A stretch of 64,000 nucleotides of DNA from Chrysomallon squamiferum (Eukaryota; Animalia; Mollusca): the NCBI GenBank assembly GCA_012295275.1, contig CM022665.1, positions 40,610,001 to 40,674,000 of the forward strand, written 5' to 3'. The notes beneath the pieces are model-generated. The model had not been told where the DNA came from and made no database searches. It saw only the letters and a program-made list of their open reading frames with translations. Below, one piece after another: positions 56,320-64,000 of this stretch. Every line of letters starts with the position of its first letter. Within the stretch, counting starts at the first letter, position 1. Both the position numbers and the translations under genes were made by a program.

Positions 56320-59300
56320 ATGGCGAGTTCCGCATTACAGACGTTTGTGATTCTTCTAATGAGTGCATACATCTTCTGCATGCCAGAACAAGGTGTTTGG
56401 GTTGTCACTTATGATGATGTAAATATATATATTTTTTCTTCTTTTGTTTTTATAATCAAGTTAAATACATATTTTAATGTTATTTGAAAACAGTGTAACT
56501 TTAAGCATAATTTTGTATTTTTGGTCATCGTTTCGCCGTTGGTACCAAAACATTTGTATGAAAAGTAAAATTTAAGTGTATTTTCAAAGCATTAAATTTG
56601 TTGTTTGTCAAGAAGTTGAAATATATTTGAATCTGGGGTTAAATGAATAATATTACGACACTTATTTATAGAACTGTTTCAATATTTATGACTCATTGCT
56701 ATGTAATTATCATTTATCATTATCATATTATGAATGGAAAAGGTCAATTTGTCATTTTATGCAGATGATTATAAAAACTGATTCCGCTGTATTTTGTCAG
56801 CTTCCATTGCTTCCTATTGTTTTTCTTTTTTTTAAAGTGACTGTTAATTTATTTATATGGCTATTGGCTTCTTTCTTGTTCTGGTCAGTACACCAAGAAC
56901 ACTATATCAAAGGTTTCCCTCATTTTCAGAGTATATATAAATTGCATTTTTGAAAGCTATAAATCACATTAAATGGCAGATAATAAGAGAAATGCAGTGT
57001 GTGTCTTTCCACTAGCATTAAAACCCCTGTTAGGTTTAACTGTTAACATTGTAGACAGAAATGTATTCATTCACTACATCCTAAACAACTATTGCATTCA
57101 TAGACTAATAATATAATGTATAGTGGTCTACACCAGAAATCAGTTGAACATCTTGAAAGTAAATCTATGTCTCTAAAATTAAAATAACAATTACCTAACT
57201 TGAAAACTTCAGAACATTATTTGTAATTTTTTGATTGATCATTATATTGATTTATTTCAAAGTTTAACATGAATGTATGTGTGAAAACACTGCATTTTCT
57301 CTTTATAAAAATTTGATATTAGGATTTCTTCTGGCATTGCTGGAAAGGAGACATGAATGTGATTATATGTATGTGAGCTGAAGATCATGCTTATGCTAAG
57401 AAATTATGTCCAGACATTTAGATATGTGGAGTAAATAACAAGTTCTTAATTTGATAGACATTTTAATATCCTCTGTTTTTGTAGTTGTATAACTTTGCTA
57501 TTAGAAAACACATGTATTTACTTTTCTTATTTTGTTTTATTGTGACTATTTTATTTATTTATTTGCATGTATGTGATAATTATCTATATATACAAAATTT
57601 ACTTATCGTCTTCATAATAATAGTTGTTTCAGAAAATTTCTATGTCAAACGAATGTAATATTATTAGTGTCAGTATTCTTTCTTTTTTTTAATTTAAATT
57701 ACATTTTTATATGCATTAAGAATTACATATTATTATTTTTTGTCTGTCAAACAAACAGAAAAATTGATTTGTTTCCATGTTAAGCAGATAATAAGGATTT
57801 TATTTTTATTTATTTTTACCTTCAGAACATATTTATAATATTATACCATGTTCCTATGTGATGTTGTGGGCTACATCCTAAAATGGTTAATATCCTACAA
57901 CTTCCTTGTTGAAAGTTCTTAAATATAACCACAAATAAATGTGGACACGTATGTTTAAAAGAATGAAAAGGTATTTAATAACAGCTACATTCAGTAAAAT
58001 AAATTATCTCTTTTATGACCTTTCTGTTGCTCTCTGTGTTGTCCTGGAATGAATTTTGTTTGCTACTAGAGTACACACTAGAAGTGCAGTGGGTCACAGG
58101 GATATTAATCTGCGGACACAGTTAACTGGTTTCTATTACAGCCGTCTGTCTGAGATTACAGTGAATACTTTCCAGTCTTTTGTAAAGCACTGGGTTTTTT
58201 TATTTATGTTCTTGAAATAATTTTATGCATTTAATATACTGTGAAAATTGTGTGTGTGTTTGTCATTTGAAATTGTTATATGTGTTACTATTCACCTGTC
58301 TCATAACACAGAGTCATTATATTTTTGTATGTGCAAACCAGCTTTAAATTATTATTTTTTTATAATTGTTTTAACACACACATATATACAAAGAGAGAGA
58401 TATATAATTTATATAAGTTACATTACACGTTTACATCCAAAAATTAATATATGTCTATTGAACTGAATAAAATGAGTTGTAGCTTTTAATCAATACTAAG
58501 CAGGACATTAGCATACATTCTTTGTGTATAATTTAGTTGTGGTGTTTGCTACACATGTAACTGTTGGGTTTCACTGCATGCTGGATTTTGTTTCCTATGG
58601 TGTACAGTAATACTTACCATTAAAATTATTTATTCCTTATTTTAATTTTAATTTTAATATTTTTTTATTTTTTTCTTTTTTCTTTTAATATTTTCTCTTA
58701 ATTTTTTATTTTATTTTATTTTATTTTATTATTAAACAATATGCAATAACATAATATTCATATGTTAATGTTTAGTATAGTGTTTTTATTTTATTTTGTA
58801 GCTATAAACATACATGTTATTATAATTAATATTATTATATAATATTGTCCCAGTTACTTTAAGAGGATATCATTAAAAAATTGAACCTTATCTCAAGATG
58901 ACTACATTCTATCAAATTTCAGTCTGTAACAAAACCAAATGCATCACAAAAACTAAAACTTGTTTAAAACATGCCTCAATTGGAGGGACCCCAGAATAAT
59001 TACTGATAAAGGTAATTATGAATTGGATATGGGTATTGCATTACATTTTGTTACAATAATTCTAATCTTAATTATTTAAAGATGAGGATAAGTGTATTAG
59101 CAAGAAGTTGTTTGTCTCTACTATTTATATATAATCATCATTATTTAATTTATCTTTTCTTTTTCTTTTAAATTATATTTTATTCAGCTTTTAAATTTAC
59201 TTTTTAAAAATCTCTCACATTAAATAACACACACACATACACAATACATGTACACTAAAAACATACATAACAATTTGCAAGTATAAACTTTTATTCATTA

Positions 59301-60243
59301 AAGTGCAGCAGATTGTACTCTTTGTTTGCAGCCATGATGATTTGTTTCATTTATGTTAAATGAATAATCAGTTTGCTTGGCCATGATCACTGCTATCATC
59401 AACTAATGGATGGATGTTATTAATTTATACAAGTCCATATATGCCTTTATTTTCTAAATATAGCATTAACATAAAGTGAAACATCTGTTGTTTGGTACAT
59501 GGAAATAACATGTAAGTATTGATGAAGTCAGTGGACAGAATAAATAAGCTATGTTTTGACTCCGTGTCTGAAGCTTGAATATTTAGAGAAACTAAATAGT
59601 AACTAATGTTTTAAGTTTCCATTAATTTAAATTTGATTTATCTTCAAGTTCATCTAATTAGAATATTTGTGTTACTCATCTGCTAAACCAGTGAGTGTTT
59701 AACAGCACCTCAACAACACATTTTAGTATTAAGGATGTTTGGGTGTTGAATATGGTGTCCATAAATGATGATATAAACTAAAAAGCCAACTTTCATCATT
59801 CCATACCTTTCTCTTTAGCAGCATGTAATTTAACTTAACAGTATTAGCAGCAAATGATATTTTGTATGTGCCCTCCCATGTACAGACTGCATAAATTACA
59901 GAGCAATGTCTGGAACTGGAAATAATCCACAGAACAGACCAAAATTTAATATGACTTGTTATCCTTGTGTCTTCTTCATTGAAGTTTACCCATTAAGATC
60001 TTCTCCCATTACAGAAACAGCCACAAGTTGTTTTATTGTTTGGTTCATCAAGATAAAATAATATGAAGTTAATTAATCCAGATCCTTTGTAGAGTGGTGG
60101 TAAAATAGTAAAAGACATAATCAGCATTTTTCGTTGGATCTACGTGTCTGACTTGTGTCCTAGCCTTGACTTTCAATTTTTGTTGTGTGGAGAAATTATG
60201 AATAGAGACTAGTGTTACTCTTAGACCTGTGTTTTATTCTGTG

Positions 60244-60310
<67 letters not shown>

Positions 60311-61009
60311 TTTATATTTTTTAAAATTTTTTAATTTTAAACTTTTTTAAACTTTGTTTTTAAAAATAAAATTTAATGTATTTATATTTTTTTATATTTA
60401 AAAAAAATATATTTATTATTATTATTTATATATAAATCATTAAATTGACCATGATACTTGAATTTTATTATTTTGTTAACAAAATTTAACATAATAGTTT
60501 TTCTGTTTTTATAAACATCAGATTATATTCCTTAATATTCATTGTGAGGTATTCACTTAATTTACAACAACAAAAAATGCCTCAAAACATGTGCCTTTAA
60601 TCTTGAAACTTTGGGAGTTAAAACATCAAAAACAATTGGGACATCTATTTTATTTAAGTTTTTAAAACAGTTTATATCCTCCTACTATTTATAACACAAG
60701 GATAGAGAAACACACCACACATTGAAAGTTGTCAATAATCAAAATAAAAACAGTGCCACTTGATATCCTGTTAAAACAGATGCATTAGGTTTTTCTGTAT
60801 CAGTTTACATGTGTGTATAAAAACACATTTCATTCTGTCAGTATGTGCTATGGTTGATTATAATAAATATATTTTGCTTTTATTATTAACAAAGAATGAG
60901 ATTTTCAGAAATGAAGTGATTATACTGCAGTAGAAATATAACTGATCATTACTACACATACTACTGAAGATGTATGATGACTAAAATCTTTTGAAAATGT
61001 TACTGATTT

Positions 61010-61065
<56 letters not shown>

Positions 61066-61427
61066 CATGATTATTTTCAAGGCTGTAGAGATTCTAGTTC
61101 TTCAGTATTATTTGACATCTTTGAAGTAAAAAAATGACTAATGTTTTCCTGTTGCTAGGATTAAACTTACGATCAGTTTTAGCCAACTGCTATACAAATT
61201 GTGTTATTAACTGAGACAAGAATACCGCGTATGAAACCAAAGAGTGGTCATAAAATAGCTAAGCCTAATGTAAAATGAATAGCTGTTGCGATGGAGATGT
61301 CAGTGAACAATAAATCATGATTGTGTTGTGTTGTATTACTATTACAAATACTATTAAAGATGTATGATGAGCCAAAGTTTTCAAAAATTTTACAGATATT
61401 TATTATTATTGATTATTACTATTATTG

Positions 61428-61495
<68 letters not shown>

Positions 61496-63457
61496 TTCAG
61501 AGCTATAGAGATTGGTTTCTTCTGGATATGATAATAATGACATTTCTGATGTTTTCCTGTTGCTAAGATGATGTTTTATGATCCATTTAATAATTGTTAT
61601 TCAAGTTTTATTATTATTATTATTGAGACAGAATATTGCATAAGAAACAACAGGCTGGTCATAATAGAGCTAATGTAAAACGTGTAGCTGTTGAGATAGT
61701 GATATAGATGACTGATAGACCAAACTCAGTTATAAACACATGTTTGATGTACAACAGCTGTTTGTACATAAATGAGTATTCACTTCATTTGACATCAGTG
61801 TCAGCTGTTCTAATTATTAGTAAAGTTGTTAGAACAGTCAAAATAAACAGATTCTTGTTTATTCATTTATTTACTGCCACTTATTTATATATAATTGTTT
61901 TAATTTATTTATATATTTTGTTTGTATTGAAATATATCAGGAAAAAAACTGAATGTGTTAAACAGTATAAGTATGTGATATATCACAACAACCCTTAAAA
62001 GTCCTTGTTGTTGTTTGTAGTGTTATCATACACTCCATGACTGAAGTTTCAGATATGTATAATTTTTTTATTATGGTTATCTTAAAATACAGAAATAATT
62101 AAAACTGTATAAATGTTGTCAAATATTCGTTTCCTTCTGCCTAGGAAATCAGTGTCATGAAATCTATTGTTTTTTGCATGTTTATAATTTATTATTGATT
62201 TTCTTCTTCTTTTCAGAAATCTACCATTCATGCCTTTCCAAAGAGCATTTATGCAAAAACAAAAATTTCAGTTACTGGTAAGTACATGCTTTCTCTCTCA
62301 CAGCACACATTATGATATTTAGAGGTACTAGACCATTAAGCCTGGAAACCAGAGATGACCCAGATTTCAGGATTTTCGGTTTTTCTGGACAAAATATTAT
62401 ATATACTTAAAAAATAAAATATTTTAACAATAAAAAGTATGGAATAAAAATATATTTAATGGGTTGAAATTAATACCTTTTTTTTTTTGGATAATTCAGG
62501 ATAAAGTCATATAAATATCAGCTGTAAAGATTACTGACTTAGCTTAGCTTAGCTGATTTTTTGGATTTTTTAAATTTATTTTTATTTATTGTTATTTTTT
62601 ATTATAAACCTTATAATCAATAAAATACAGTAATGTTGTCTTTTTTTTTTCTTTTTTTACTATAATTTGTGTGTGTGTGTGTGTGTGTGTGTTATTATAT
62701 TAAACATTTTTTTTACTTTAATATGTTTTAATTTTATTTAATTTTTTTTATTTTGTTATATTTTATTATTATTGTTTATTTATGTTTTATTTTATTTTTT
62801 TCTCTCCATTAACACCTTAAATTACTCCATTATATTATGTGACTGATACACCAAACTTCAACTAGCCAAGTATATCATAGACAGAAAGACATGTAATTTG
62901 TGTGTATGTATGCATGTGTATTTGATTTACCTATTGTATTGTAATAATAATAATAATTCTGGAAATGATTTAGAACAATTCTACAGTGACTTAACATAAA
63001 TTTTAAAAATATTAACCATCACCAGGAACAAATATATATAATCTTGGTATGTGTGTGTTTGATTTTATTTTTTATATTTATTTTATTTTTGTCGTTGTTT
63101 CAGTTTTTCTTTTTAATATTGTTTTTGATGTTAAGAGTGAATTTTATGAGTTGTCTTTATAACTTTCAAAACTGTTTACCATTAAACTGATAAAACAACA
63201 TCACATTTTGCAGTGGACTGTGGATCCAATCAGCAAGAAGTTGATTTACATATTCAGTATCTCTTGAGAGAATCACCATGTGCACAGGAGTATGAAGGCA
63301 TAGAAAATATTCCAGTAAGTATAAACATTCAGAAAATAATGTATTTATTATTTTTATTTATTTATTTTTTATTTTTATGTTTTTTTAATATATTGTTTTC
63401 TAAAAACATAATTATCATTATGACATTTATGAAAATACACCATTCAAAAACATTGGT

Positions 63458-63521
<64 letters not shown>

Positions 63522-63899
63522 CTTTTCATTACATTTTTCCATATCCTCCTCTCACAATGGTAGTCTGTTATTAGTAATGTTTGTCAGATGTTTATAAATA
63601 TCTGTATTCTAATTTTCGTATTCATTTTTTTAATTTTTTTTTTTATGACAAATTATTTATTTAGTCTGTGAGCCTTACCATACACACCCACTAATTAACT
63701 GATTTACTGAATATTTAAAACAGAAAAATAGTCAATGTATTGTTTATCAAAAATGATTCTGTATTTTCAGGAGAGGATGAACCTTTATCTGAATCATCCG
63801 ACAGTGCAGTACAATGAAAACTATGACTACAACAAAGTGGCATTCCTGTCTAACAGAACAGTGCAGAAGTGTGGAGGAGATGTCACACACATATATTTA
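56320..63899 (+). CDS. TMEM87A: TMEM87-family (GOLD-domain seven-transmembrane) protein, N-terminal exons; gene continues beyond the window
   Basis: Exons 56320-56418 (signal peptide, PEQGVW), 62217-62277 (KSTIHAFPKSIYAKTKISVT), 63214-63314 (IQYLLRESPCAQEY), 63771-63899 are in frame and resemble the TMEM87A/B lumenal domain. The A/B paralogue cannot be distinguished. Confidence 0.72.
59697..59929 (-). mobile_element. Degenerate SINE fragment, possibly Nin/Deu-domain type
   Basis: ATTAGCAGCAAATGATATTTTGTATGTGCCCTCCCA...GAGCAATGTCTGGAACTGGAAATAATCCA resembles, from memory, the central domain of abundant molluscan SINEs; no tRNA head visible. Confidence 0.4.
60248..60304. repeat. (AT)n microsatellite
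   Basis: Visible directly. Confidence 0.95.
60961..61705. repeat. Old ~390-bp tandem duplication, each copy containing an (ATT)n tract
   Basis: Shared blocks AAGATGTATGATGA, TAGAGATT, ATGTTTTCCTGTTGCTA, TGAGACA, TGGTCATAA, CTAATGTAAAA, TAGCTGTTG in the same order from 60961 and 61351. Confidence 0.85.
62322..62391 (-). mobile_element. Truncated relative of the 50199-50536 MITE
   Basis: TA|GAGGTACTAGACCATTAAGCCTGG resembles the TIR; CCAGATTTCAGGATTTTCGGTTTTCTG matches the reverse complement of the subterminal motif at ~50464-50491. Confidence 0.6.
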
Positions 63900-64000
63900 G
63901 TTAGTTAAAACATTTCTCTCTTTTATACTTCAGAGCCTCATACATTGATTTTTCATTCAAAACCAGTTTTTACGGTCTATAAACTTCATTCCATATGAAT

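Noticed and set aside
58610-58618. ATACTTACC, as a U1 snRNA 5' end or an antisense splice donor
   Set aside because: No U1 sequence follows and no supporting antisense exon could be built.

Overview
AT-rich, microsatellite-dense animal genomic DNA, most consistent with a mollusc (probably a gastropod, inferred from the myosin sequence and repeat types). Five spliced protein-coding loci can be assembled by hand: (1) a complete muscle-type myosin II heavy chain on + (coding 7873 to ~30957, 31 core coding exons, ~1930 aa, several possible tailpieces); (2) CENP-K with an intronless CDS on +; (3) prostaglandin reductase 2 on +; (4) ER lectin ERLEC1/XTP3-B on -, needing one GC-AG intron; (5) the 5' part of a TMEM87-family gene on +, head-to-head with ERLEC1. 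Most supplied ORFs are microsatellite artefacts or exon read-throughs. I see no unambiguous new multi-gene system. The best leads are a possibly pseudoknotted structured island at 621-761, a myosin gene that appears to have lost its mutually exclusive exons but kept their splice machinery, tailpiece splicing options, a Tigger4/MER46-like MITE, and a sharp CpG (methylation-footprint) boundary near 33.3 kb. All family assignments rest on motif recognition from memory; no database search was run.
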